A DNA stretch of 64,000 bases from Octopus bimaculoides. Taxonomy: Eukaryota. The position numbers and the translations under genes were made by a program. Shown piece by piece: positions 24,911-37,469 of the stretch. Position 1 is the stretch's first letter, and each line of letters starts with the position of its first letter. Location: positions 5,656,040-5,720,039 of the forward strand of contig NC_068995.1 in NCBI RefSeq assembly GCF_001194135.2. Direction: 5' to 3'. The notes under the pieces were generated by a model. It saw nothing but the letters and a program-made list of their open reading frames with translations, was not told where the DNA came from and did not search any database.

Positions 24911-26954
24911 ATTTAATTGTTTATAAGTCACTTTAACTACTACCTTAAATTTTTGGTTTAGTATCTATGTGAGATGACATATCACGAAAGTTAGCGCTCG
25001 ATTTTAATGGTTCAGAAATATCTCTGAACCCAAAATTGTTCCAAATATGACCATTCGGTCCTGGTGTTCTGTAAGCACCAAGGCCGAGGTTTTCCAGTGT
25101 TGTTAAGCTTTTCAATAGATAGTAGATTTGGTGGATATTTGACTGCTATTTCATCTACTTCAAACTTCCCCGTTGCTTTGTTAGCATCAAAGAAATTTGT
25201 GTGCGCGTGCGCGTGTGTATTTGTATATACACACACATGGAGTCGGCTTGGCTGCATTACAGAACCGTAGGTAAATCAATCAACTGGACCCTGGAGTTCT
25301 TCCCCAAGAGTTCAAATTCATTTGAGCACATCAAGCTCTCACCTATTGTATGTAAGTGTATATATATATTTAGTGGGAATACTATCAGAATTATTATACG
25401 CTTATATGTGCGTGGCATAATATGACAGGTTGGGACAAGCAACTGATATGCCAATAAAAAAAACAAGTAAAAAGACGTTACTCTTAAAAATTTACACCAA
25501 TTTCGAAAATATTCAAATTCAAAAGAGATAACAACAATACGTTTGTTAATATGGTTTTAAGTGAAATAGGTGTCCACTTCAGAACTACTTCCTTTTACTA
25601 TTCAAATATAATCTATTTCTGCTTCACAAAAATATAGAATTTTGAAGAAACGCCAATAGCTTCCAGAAAAATTAAAAGCAAAAATAGAAAATGTGAAAAT
25701 CGTAATAAGTTGGATCAATCAGACTAGATAAAATCTCTTAGAAAGACATCAACCTACATACCTTAAATTTTATCTAGTTAATGCTGTCTATCTACTAAAA
25801 ACATATCACAGACAAACTGGAATATAACGAACAACATGTAACATTCAGAAACTGATGTTCGAGTCGAACCAATTGGAGCAATAGACACTTAGTTCACATT
25901 TATAGATCATAATTACAATTTTCCGCATAACTATTTCATTAGATGAATCAATGCTACCAAAATTAACATTAATGCCATAAACATATCGAGATGAGATGAT
26001 AATAGCTAAGCTTAAAACACCTGTAGAGAATATAACCACCACACCTTTCATTCTCTAGATCTGGAGTTCTCTATCTTATTTTGCTTGTGGACCTCTTGAC
26101 AGCTATCTTATCTGTGGACCCCATATATGCACATGTAAAATTTTGAAATAAAATATGTTTGTAGGTTAGTAAAAACTGACAATGAAACAATTCCGTTATA
26201 TTCATAACATAAATTCCAAATTCAAACTGTGAGTTTTAATTCATATATATACGGCGGAAAAGTAAAAGTGTTTAACTCCAACTCAGGTCTGATCGAGTAA
26301 CCCTAATATCAAATCTATTTCATTCATAATTATCTGTATTTTTTGTTGCATCTTGAGGAGTTAATTATGCAAATAAACCCATGTACCGGCTCTATTTCCC
26401 TTCCTTTTTATTCGTCAATTGGACCATTGTCGTTAAGGTGGTAGCAACATAAGATGAAAGTAACTTGACAAACTGATTGATGGATTAACAGAATGATTAA
26501 TTAAACAATCGCTTATTTAATTGATTACATAGTTAACCAATTAACGAATGATAAAATAAAGTGAACCTTAAAAGGTGTATGTCTAGTATTTATTGGTATA
26601 ATAACTCCCTTCCTCGGGACACAACAGAATTTGTTTCAACACACGAGTTCACATGAAGCATCTTACAAATCAAACACAAATACGAAATATCCGTATTACT
26701 GTTTTAGATAAAAGGTGTCCAGGATTATTACATTAGCAATATCTTCTTCCCTAATTTACCACTGGAATATGTAACGCACCAAAGACAGGTTTCCTAGTTA
26801 AACAGTGCTTACGTTTACATGTATGCCTAGTAATAATTGAGGCGGGCTTCAATATCAGAGGACTAATGCACATACACAGAACATTACAGACAGAATATTA
26901 ATGAACCCAATCACTGTAATCTCATCTTGTAAACATCTAGTTCTGGTTGCATAA

Positions 26955-27080
26955 TTTATCTTCAGGTCAACTCTGATCCAGTTGATCTACAATGAAAACT
27001 ATTCAAAGACATGATCATTATTGTATTCTTCCTGTCTGATGCGATGATAGATTAGGGTTTTAGCTGCTATTTCTAGTACA
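26955..27080 (-). mobile_element. SINE-like family D fragment
   Basis: The RC contains tagaaatagcagctaaa and the tail gatcagagttgacctgaag. Confidence 0.5.
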
Positions 27081-28319
27081 TAATTGTGTACTTCATTGGC
27101 TCATTTAAGCATCTATTTTACACACACACACACTCACACACACACACACCCCACCCCACCCACACACACACACTGTTATGTTGTATCCTTAAAGTTGTAA
27201 AAATTTTTACTGCAGAATCGATAATTTTTACAAGAGAAGTGAAAAATGAAGCGAAGAGAAAAATATATAAATTTATTTAAAGAACTATAAATGTTAGGAC
27301 TTTGGTCAAAGATAGCTCTAGCGATAAATTACTAGATATTTGGAACTGTATAAACATTGGAGCTAAAATAATAGAAAACGCTTCCATTTTTAATGTTTTA
27401 TTTCATTTTTGTAACATTTATATTTTTATTGTCTTTATCCCATAGTGTTGCTTTTGGTATTTTTTTTTCGTTTTGCTATTGTATGTCTGAAAGAAAATGT
27501 GAAGATTCTTCGAGTATTTAGTTCATGGTTTTAATAGTCACTTTGTTTCTTCTTGTAAAAATTACCGATAGAAATAGATTCACTTCACATATTAAGTATT
27601 AGACGTGATCAGTGAACGAGAATTTTTCTCAGGTCAACACCGAAAACAACCAATCAATCAACTTGCATTTTAGTTTCGTTAGCAAAATACGCGCTTAAAT
27701 ATTGACTTTTCTAACAATTTTATTTACGTTTTACTTTTCTGATTTTATATTTTCCTCCTTTCTAATCATGACTCTTGTCAAAAAACACGACACTGTGCCA
27801 GAAGAGTCGAGATTCTTGGAATATTGCTGTATTTACATTGTGTGTGTGTGTGTACATTCTTAGAACTGTACTATACTCCAAAGTTGCCATTCATAACGCT
27901 ATAAAATACCACGCCATTTCACGAACTGAAAGTCGAGTTTTATTGACAGAGTCGTTAGAGCATCAGACAAAGTGCGTTGTGCTTGGAAAATCATGCATAA
28001 ATATGTTTAAAATTAATAAGGAACTTCACGTTCAACGGGAATTTTGTTACTGAACACAAAAAAGTAACAGAGAGGTACTTCGATTACTGTTATCGATTAA
28101 CTCCTTCAGAAATCAGAAACCATATTACTATTACAACTACTCAAACCTGAGAGCTGGAAGAATTGTCAATAGGCTAGATAAAATAGTTAGTGGCATTTTT
28201 TGCGACTATGTTCTGATGCGACTGAGACAACGATTAATGGAAATGATAAGAACGTACATTGAAATACCCTTATCAGTTGCCTTATAATTCCGATTCGTAA
28301 TGCATGTTAACGGTAATAA

Positions 28320-28490
28320 TAATGGTTTCAAATTCTGGCACAATGCCTGAGATTTCGGGGATAGTGTAAATCGATTACATTGACTCCAGTACTCAACTGG
28401 TACTTATTTTATCGATATCGATAAGATGAATTTGAACTCAGACTGTAAAGACAGACAAAATGCCGCTAAGCATTCTGTCAGCTTGCTGCC
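28320..28490 (-). mobile_element. SINE family B with internal deletion
   Basis: The RC contains gcttagcggcattttg...ctgagttcaaattc...tcgataaaataagtaccagttgagtactgg...tgtaatcg. Confidence 0.8.
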
Positions 28491-29680
28491 CTAATTACAA
28501 TAATAATAATATATGCAATACATTGTTTAATATATATTTTACAATTAAGTATCGCTCCGACTTACGCATGTCTGAATCAAAGGATATCTCACTATTCAAA
28601 CTGATTGTTATTCCCTTTCAACCAACTGATGTTCGTTATGATGTCCAAACATTTTCACCATACTCTTTTAATATTGTTCTATTTCATTATCTTCTTAAGA
28701 TGGGCAACGAGAAACTCAGAGTAACGGTTTAACACGTGTCAGCTTCAGTTATAACATCCAGCATTCACTGTTGAGTATTCTTTCTCTTTTTCCCTATTAC
28801 TTTCATCCATACGTCCTTCACTTTATCTCTTTTTCTCCATACATAGATACACGCACACACGCGCGCCTATGCAGATATGCACATTATGCAATGCAACTGC
28901 TCTGAAGTGACGTCATGTCTTTTTTTAGCAAGTACTGGGAATAGAGCTGTTCATTAAGAGTAAATACTTAATAAAGGCACATTTTTAACACGTTTGTAAA
29001 AAAAAGTAGCCAATTGATCCATTGTTTTAATTACGGAAATAGTTAATTATTTATTGATTTCTGTCTGTTTTTGTCGTTCATCTTGACAAACGTTTAACTA
29101 ATGCATTCCGGTCTTTTGTTTTGGTTTGGTTTTTTTATAGAAACAAAATTTTCTTTAAATGGAAACTGATTTTTTTTAGATAGTATTTGTTTCAGCGAAA
29201 AACTAAATTTTCCATTGATTGTATTAGTTGCACGAAAAACACAAGACAAAAGGAGAACGAAAGAAAGAAACCAACCGCTGTTTCTCCTGAATATTGATCC
29301 GTTGTTTAGTTTAAAATATCTTCTTCACCACGGGTTTTAATAAACATTGAGAAAGATTCCATACATATTCTGTTATAGAATTATAGTTTTCAAAAACATG
29401 ATAATTATTGTTCCAAACAGAAAGCATAAAAATAGTGAATAGAACTTATACTCTTGATTATATTAGCGAATGGATATAGGAAAACAACAAAACATGAGAA
29501 TATTGATAACCCAATAGCTCTTTTAGAAATTGTGTAGAGGACTGAATAGCTTTGTTATAGTTCATACTGTATTTGATTTTCGTAAATACTAATTTCAAAA
29601 TGAAAAACACCTTTCTACATAGTTTCTATGCTTTAAATTGCAACCGAGTCCATGTACCTTCATCTAGATGCCCAGGAAAC

Positions 29681-29720
29681 CAATATTACCATAAATATAC
29701 CAATATTACCATAAATATAC
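29681..29720. repeat. Perfect 20-bp tandem duplication
   Basis: caatattaccataaatatac x2. Confidence 0.95.
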
Positions 29721-30146
29721 GATAGGAGATACAGAATCCTCAAGTGATGGTTCTCAGTGTAATGAATGAGCACGCTTTAAAGCCTTCATCAACTACAGAT
29801 TAGCAAAAAGTTCAGTAAAATAAGGCTGACCTTCTTAGATGTCCTACCTTCGCACAATGAGAAACAAAAACAAAAAAAGAACACGCCAAGGATTACGTAA
29901 TACGCTCTGTCGAAAGGACTCTGACTAATCATTTGATCGATTAATCAAACCATTGGTCGTGCAATTGATTAATTAATTAGTTAATTGATAACAATAAAAT
30001 GTGAAATAAAAATCTTCAATGAGTTTTCATTGGCAAAATTTCCACTCAAACTTAAAAGAGTGTAACAGCAAGAATTTTAAAATCATGTTGGGAAAACAGA
30101 GAAATAGAAATTATACACTGAATACTTTTGTTTATTTAAAAATTAT

Positions 30147-30501
30147 GGAGGTGCAATGGCCCAGTGGTTATGGTAGCGGACTCGCGGTCCTAGGATCGCG
30201 GTTTCGATCCTCAGACCGGTCATTGTGAGTGTTTATTGAGCGAAAATACCTAAAGCTACACGAAACTCCTGTAGGGGATGGTAGCGAACCCTGCTGTACT
30301 TTTTCTTCCTGTTTCTATTGTACCTGTATTTCAAAGGGCCATCCTTGTCACATTCTGTGTCACGCTGAATCTCCCCGAGAATTACGTTAAAGGTACACGT
30401 GTCTGTGGAGTGCTCAGCCACTTGCACGTTAATTTCACGAGCAGGCTGTTCCGTTGATCGGATCAACTGGAACCCTCATCGTCGTTACCGACGGAGTGCC
30501 A
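30147..30501 (+). mobile_element. Apparently full-length tRNA-headed SINE family E
   Basis: A box TGGCCCAGTGG (30157-30167), B-box-like GTTTCGATCC (30201-30210) and a GC-rich body. Possible weak TSD TTAAAAAT at 30136-30143 and 30507-30514. Confidence 0.8.
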
Positions 30502-31459
30502 CGAAGTTAAAAATAACAATGTCGTCCTGAATATATATATATATAGTAGTTACACTGGGATGTAACAGTAGGCTGCAAGCTGGTGCGTTGAGTAAAAGTA
30601 AAGAGGAATGACGTAAAACCAACATATGTAGAGAAAGAAAATATTATTATATATTTATTATATTATATATTAGACAGTAAATATATCAAGAAGAGAGGGG
30701 TGGTTTATTGAAGCATTGATAATCGTGTTAGGAGGTATGGATGAGAAGAGCATTTTAAATATATACAGATGGATTCGTCTTAATTGATTATATTTAGATA
30801 TTTATGTTTGATGAGTATTAATTAAGTATTGAACAGTAATGATAAATTTCATATAGCTGAGCTAATCAATGTTGCTACAATAATCGCTTATATTCTGGCT
30901 GTTTTTACAGTCTATAATTTTATATTTTAATTAAATATTGAAGCAATTATACATGATAGTAATTTCATGTTGTCACACTAAAATTTTATTATCTCTACTT
31001 CGTGGGACAAACAAGTATTAATGTGTCAATGAAATGTATCGTATTTTTCCAATAAATTATTTATAAAAGACAATAACTTTATGGTTTGATTAAAATATCA
31101 CAATATTTTTTAAATACAAAATATTTCATGTATAATTTCAGTGTAAATAAAGTACATTTAAAATGCATTAATTGCTAAAATTTTGTATCAGTTGTCTTAC
31201 GAAATTATGCAATAATGCGAAGAACTGCTACCTGGGTGTAGAATTTTAAACAAATACGATAATAACGATATTCCAGGAAAATAAAATATTTTGTGGTAAC
31301 GAAGAAAGGGGAAAATGAGGACAAAACATAAGTACCAAGAAAGTGTATCCATAATATTCTACCATGCATACGTTTCACGATGAGGGGTAGGGCAAAATTC
31401 TCAGGAAATCCTTATTGCATTATTCACACCTCAATATAGCAATATAAAGAGTAGAGACA

Positions 31460-31700
31460 CGTAGTGTAGTGGTTAGGATGTTGGACTCATGATGGTAAGT
31501 AAGTCGTTTCGATTCTTGGACCGAGCGATGCGTTGTGCTCTTGAACAGAACACTTCATTTCACGTTGTTCCAGTCCAGTCAGCTGGCAACAAAGAGTAAT
31601 TTTGCAAGAGAGTATTCCTAGCCCCTTGTCCAGGAGGCGGGGGATATACCCCCAACAGAAACCGGGAAGGTGCCTAACGAAGAAGATTAAGGCTTTAATA
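31460..31700 (+). mobile_element. tRNA-headed SINE family F
   Basis: gtgtagtggttaggatgttggactc...gtttcgattc head, then cttgaacagaacacttcatttcacgttg. Confidence 0.7.
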
Positions 31701-33510
31701 TAAAAGGTGTTTGGCTTAATTAATGATATATAAACTATTTTATGCCAAATAATATTTGTTTTGGAGATATTAGGTCATATTCAATGTAATCCATTCACTG
31801 GTGAGGATGTGTATTGTTTTAGCAATCGCTGCTGCGTGAAGCCATTGAATATTGCTGACATTATCGAAAAACTGCTCTTCACACACATCGTGTATTCACA
31901 AAGAGGGTTCATGTTGGTTTAAAACCCAAGATCTTAAAACAGATATTCTACAATACGTATAACCAGATTCCATAGCAGTTGTACCTAAGAATAAAGATCG
32001 ATCGCCATCAGTGAAACTGAAAAACTTCAATCGCATGGACAACAATATGGATTAACTATACATCTTAAATATGAAGTTACCTTTTGTAGTTCAAGATAGT
32101 ATTGTACACTGTGTTGATATAAATGTAAGGCTGAGATATTTGCGTATCGCTATCGTTCGGACCAGGTTTCCGGTTTAACGATAATCTCTTCCTCGTGCCT
32201 CATTTGTCTCGGAGGCTCTGTAATCGGTTACTAGCACAGCACTTCGCCAATGACTAAGCACCATATGTGTATATATATATATATATAAATATATATGCTC
32301 ATAAATATGGACGGACATAAGCATGCATATAAGTAGGTGTATAGAGAGCCAAGTTTGTAAATGCATGTATAGATTTACTCACATTCACGCACATATCTTC
32401 ACATATATATGCATACACATACACGTTTCAAATACCCAGAATCACGCTAATAGCTAACGAGTAAAATTTAGGATTTCACGGTTTTGATAAGTTTTCCCAG
32501 CTGGTTTGTGCACTGAGCTAAATAATTATGTCAATAAATGTTATAATATTATGGGTTTCTGTTAAATACATACTCAGTGTATGCTTAATATGTATCATTA
32601 ACCTTCATTTTCTAAAAAAAAAGTTTAAATGAGCTATTTTCATTCAAAAGCTATTAGCGTTGTTCACCCAAAAACTGAAGAATCAGAAACAAAAAGGAAA
32701 GGACGTTGGTGTTGCCATAGTGTGCAAACCAACCGGGAAAACTTATCAAAATCGATTCACAGACGACTGAGAAATCCTAAATTGCACTCGTAAGCTATCA
32801 GCGTGGTTCTGGATGTATGTATGCATATTCAAGCGGGCATACATTTTTACGTATGTATTCATACAAATACACATGTGCGTATTCACGTATAACGATACAG
32901 TGGTCATCGTATGCTCTTTTCATTTGCAACAATAAACTATTTTATTGTCGGATTGTTTTCTTATGTGTTTTTTTTCAAAAACAAAATATATTCTGTGAGA
33001 TGTGGTACAACATTTACTCTTGAAACAGAACAAGTGGATCTGCTGAGTGTTATAACCGTTTGCTGTCTAATGGTTACGAAAGCCCTTTTGACTCTTTCTT
33101 TAGACAACCATTAACTAATTACAAGGTATATAATATTGTCACTGAAGTCAGTTAGGTTGTTTTGCGTTTTTGCAGGCGTTTTGTGCTTACAAGCTAAGTA
33201 ATTTATATATTTCTCATAGCGCAGCAGCTACAAAAAGGTATTATTTATTTATATTAGCTGGCCCCGTGCTGTCAAAAGATGACGGCTAATTGTAGTATTT
33301 TATATATACATAAAGTACATAATAATCACAGATACAAATATTCATATACTTCCCTTGTACAGGCACACACACAAAATTGAAATGGTGTTTGGTTTTTCTC
33401 ACACTTTCCTTTCGCATTGGTATGTTGTAACGGAGAAAAACACAACAGTATTATTATAGTAGATGCTGTTATTGTAGTTTAAAATTGATGATGAGCAATA
33501 ACACTTTTAT

Positions 33511-34005
33511 GTGTCTTCTTCAGCCCTGGATCAACCAAAGCCTTGTGAGTGGAGTTGTTAAACAGAAACTGAAAGAAGTCCGTTTCACTGTGTGCGCGTG
33601 TACATTATATATATAGTTGAAATTTATAGAAGAGCAAAACACGAAGGCAGGTGTGTGAACAACAAGCGAGTGTATTTATTTGACGCTCGGGAAAAATGAA
33701 AAAGTCTTTTACGTTTCGAGCCTACGCTCTTCAACGGAGAGGAATAAGAGAAAATAAACAGAGAAAATGGAAAATACTTGTATATTACAGCGGTCCAGCA
33801 TGGCGAATATATATATATGTGTGTGTGTATGTGTTTGTATATGTCTGTGTCTGAGTCTGACCCACCCATCGCTTGGCAAAGACGAAAATACAGTAAGCAC
33901 CAGACTTTTAAAAATAAGCATTGGGCTCGATATGTTTAAATAAACTTTTCCGGGCAGCATGCCAACATGGCCGTGCTTCTATGAATGATTTAAGTAAAAG
34001 ATAAG
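33511..34005 (+). mobile_element. SINE family A (5'-truncated), interrupted by an unrelated insert
   Basis: A halves at 33511-33585 (ccaaagccttgtgagtgga...aaactgaaagaag) and 33857-34005 (catcgcttg...catggccg...taaaagataag). Confidence 0.7.
33705..33742 (-). ncRNA. Decayed PLE-type hammerhead-like motif, different from family C
   Basis: RC: CCUCU - CCGUUGA - A - GAGC/GUAG/GCUC - GAAA - CGUA - AAAGA. Helix II, GAAA and the ACGU palindrome with a GUA triplet are intact. The core differs from CUGAUGA at 2 positions and helix I is poorly paired. Confidence 0.5.
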
Positions 34006-34199
34006 ATTTTGCAAAGTATTAAAACTTCAACTGGACTCGAAATTTCCTTTAACGAACAAATGAAATTTTTTTTGAAGAAGTATAATCTTATTAAATATCT
34101 CTTTTGTTCTCATATCTATTTATACATGTAAGCTATAAACATAGACATACGGAACAATGAATAACCGGGAGAAAAATGGAAATAATATTTTATATAATG

Positions 34200-34244
<45 letters not shown>

Positions 34245-34899
34245 GAGAGGGATGGGAGGACACTATAATTGGTGGCCTAAAAACTGAATCATTGCGTTTC
34301 GTTTCAGCAAATTTATATTCTCGCCGAAAAATAAGAGAATGGAAATTTTCTTGGAGATAGGAAATCGTTTAAAAACATTTCTAGTAGACAAATATTATTG
34401 CTTTTTGACATCATCGATTATCATCTTCAGGTATCAAATGTTTAGATTTTGAATGTGTATGTGTGTGTGTGTATATACATGCACATATTTATGCGAGTTT
34501 ATACACAGATATTTGTTTTTTATTGATTCTCAAGTCACTTTACTCTTACAAACAGCTAAACAAGAGAAAACAGTCCTCATGAAATACATAAAAGAGCCGT
34601 CCAATCCCACGCAGACACACATGCTTTCATTAAATTCTTTTGGTCGACATTTAAAGAAATATATAATCTCTGTCGTATATATTGATTACAATTTATACAT
34701 ACAGACAAACACACATATGTAATGTGTGTGTTTGTGTGTGTGTGTGTGTTTTAGAATTCATACAACACAAGCCACTTATGATGTCAACAACAGAAGCCTT
34801 TAACAAAAGCATCACTCTATTAAAATCAAATTTCCATTCGTCAATAAAAGTTACGCATACGCTTGTTTAAAACTTAAATTCTATGCCCAATATATTTTT

Positions 34900-35300
34900 G
34901 CTGGGTATTCTTTTGGGTCACTTTTTCTTCCTCTCAGCCTTCAGAAGACGGCATTCCACTTTCCTCTGCTTTAGTCATAATTGTGCCAGATATAGATTTG
35001 CTCTTCTCGTAGCTGCTTCGTAAGAACATCTCTTCCTCTCAGGCTTCCGCGGTTTCCTGTTCCTTTCACTTTTCGTCGTCACCAATGTTCAAGACTATAA
35101 CGCTTCATGTTTTGTTAAGAGGCTTTCTACTGGTCTTTGCATGTCTAAGAGCTTCGACATTTAGTCTAACTATATCGGATATTTTCATTGTTTTTTCAAA
35201 AAACCCACTTTTTTATAGCATTGATAAGCTTTTCATACTTGTTTACTGATGTTCCATGTCACACTATTTCACGTAAAGAAGGATTATTTCTTTATCCCTA
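34900..35300 (-). mobile_element. Decayed RTE-like LINE ORF2 linker fragment
   Basis: Purine-rich on the minus strand. KPERKRCSYEAATRRANLYLAQ resembles the EN-RT linker of RTE elements (recollection). Many stops. Confidence 0.35.
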
Positions 35301-35968
35301 GGACACTTTCCCCTCACCCTAATTAATAGTTGTTAATTTGAGAGCATGTATTTCGTCTGAACATTTTGTTCAGACCAAATACATACAGTCTTGGTTTATT
35401 CAATCCACGAAATTTCTTTGATGATTTTTTCCCCAATCTCATGTAATGATGGCCCCGAAACAGTTAAAAGTATCGACTCGTTTGAAGTTGTTACATTAAT
35501 TCTTATACTGCAAATTGTTGTTATTTTCTTAGTGATTGTCCTCTTTTTTTTCATTTTATTATTATTATTTGCTGCTAAAACCAAGACAGCATTTTACTCC
35601 CATCGTTAATAGAGCTAAATACTGCGTAGATCTTTCTCTGTTGTTGCTATGGGGACTGTGTCATCAGCATAACATATATTGTTTTGTCCTATCTCTATAC
35701 CTGGTTGATATTCGATAGATCAATAATTAGTTCACAGTATAATGAAAACAAGACTGATGATAACACACCAGATGCTTCTCTTGATCTCCCACATCTTATC
35801 CTGTTCAATTTCCAATTCTGATTGCTACCGTTTGATGCCAATATTTCTGATGATTCCTGAGTCCTGTCTATCTGAATTTATATTTTCTAATATTTTAACG
35901 ATTTCTTCTTGCTGTATCAAGTTTTCCGTAATCGGTGAAACACATGTAGATGCCATGGACGTGCGTGC

Positions 35969-36025
<57 letters not shown>

Positions 36026-36867
36026 CGTGTGTGTGTGTGTGTGTGTATGTGTATGAGATTCCATTTTTAAATATTTGAGTACGGTTTAAAGAAACGAATT
36101 TTAACCTTAGTAATTCGTGAACACAGAGACCAGTGCCTCGAATCATAAGAGTCAGTCACCTTTAAATCACAGACAACTTTCTGAAACAAAGAAAATGCTT
36201 GAAAACGAAGATTATTCGACGTTTTACTAAATTAGAATGGGACTGGTTGCTAAACTGCAACCAATTACCTATGTGTCTTAAGGATGGCGGGGTGACGGTT
36301 GACCTGGCAATACACAAAAACAACTTAAACTGCAGTCTGAGATAACGACAGGGTGTCGGGATACGGTGATATCAGTGCAAGCATCAACATTAATACCGGA
36401 CTACCAAAAGATTAATCCATAGCTTATCGATTCATTCATCCGTAATCACTAACAGAACAAACAACCAGTCATTATTTCTTTTCATATACGTTTGAAGTGA
36501 TTGATTATGAAGACGAAAGAAAGAAGACAAAACGGGTGTATGTGATAATATTTGTGGAATTTTACGAAGAACATTGCTGATAAAGCAATAAATATTAAGT
36601 GCACAAATAGTCCTTTGTCTTAGAGAAACTAATTAACGTTTATGTTAACTAGTCACTAATCATTACTGGTTGAATATATATTTTATATTGAAAAACTTGA
36701 CAGAAATCACACAATTTATCACTTGATATCCTTTGTTTCATTGACAGCATCATATATCGGTACGTGTGTATTACAAACACAAACATATGTATGCACAAAC
36801 ATATTGTATACACGTGTGTATATATTTATAAAATATTTATATATGTTTGTGTACATACATATTTTAC

Positions 36868-36906
<39 letters not shown>

Positions 36907-37118
36907 GTTCATCTTTTGTTAACGTCTATGGCCTATAAAGTCTAACCGAGTCAGAAATCTGCTGCTATGTACAGCGAACTTATGGGAAATGCAGTACATG
37001 TCTANNNNNNNNNNNNNNNNNNNNNNNNNNNNNNNNNNNNNNNNNNNNNNNNNNNNNNNNNNNNNNNNNNNNNNNNNNNNNNNNNNNNNTATATATATAT
37101 ATATATATATATATGTAT

Positions 37119-37469
37119 TCTTTTACTTGTTTCAGTCATTTGATTGGAGCCATGCTGGAGCACCGACTTTTAGTCGAAAAAATTGACCCCTGGGTTTAGT
37201 TTTTGTAAGCCTGGAGCTTATTCTATCGGTGTCTTCGGCGTTACGGGGATGTAAACATACCAGCATCGGTTGCCAAGCAGTTGGTGGCGGGGACAAACAG
37301 ACACACACGCATAAATGCATACATTATATCTACCAGATCCACTCACAAGGCTTTGGTCGGTTCGAGGTTATAGTAGGAGGCACTTGCCCAGCGTGCCACG
37401 CAGCCGGACTGAACCTGGAACCATGTGGTTGAGAAAGAAGCTTCATACCACACAACCACGCTTGCGCCT
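37119..37469 (-). mobile_element. Full-length SINE family A
   Basis: The RC aligns end to end with 63591-63980. Confidence 0.95.
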
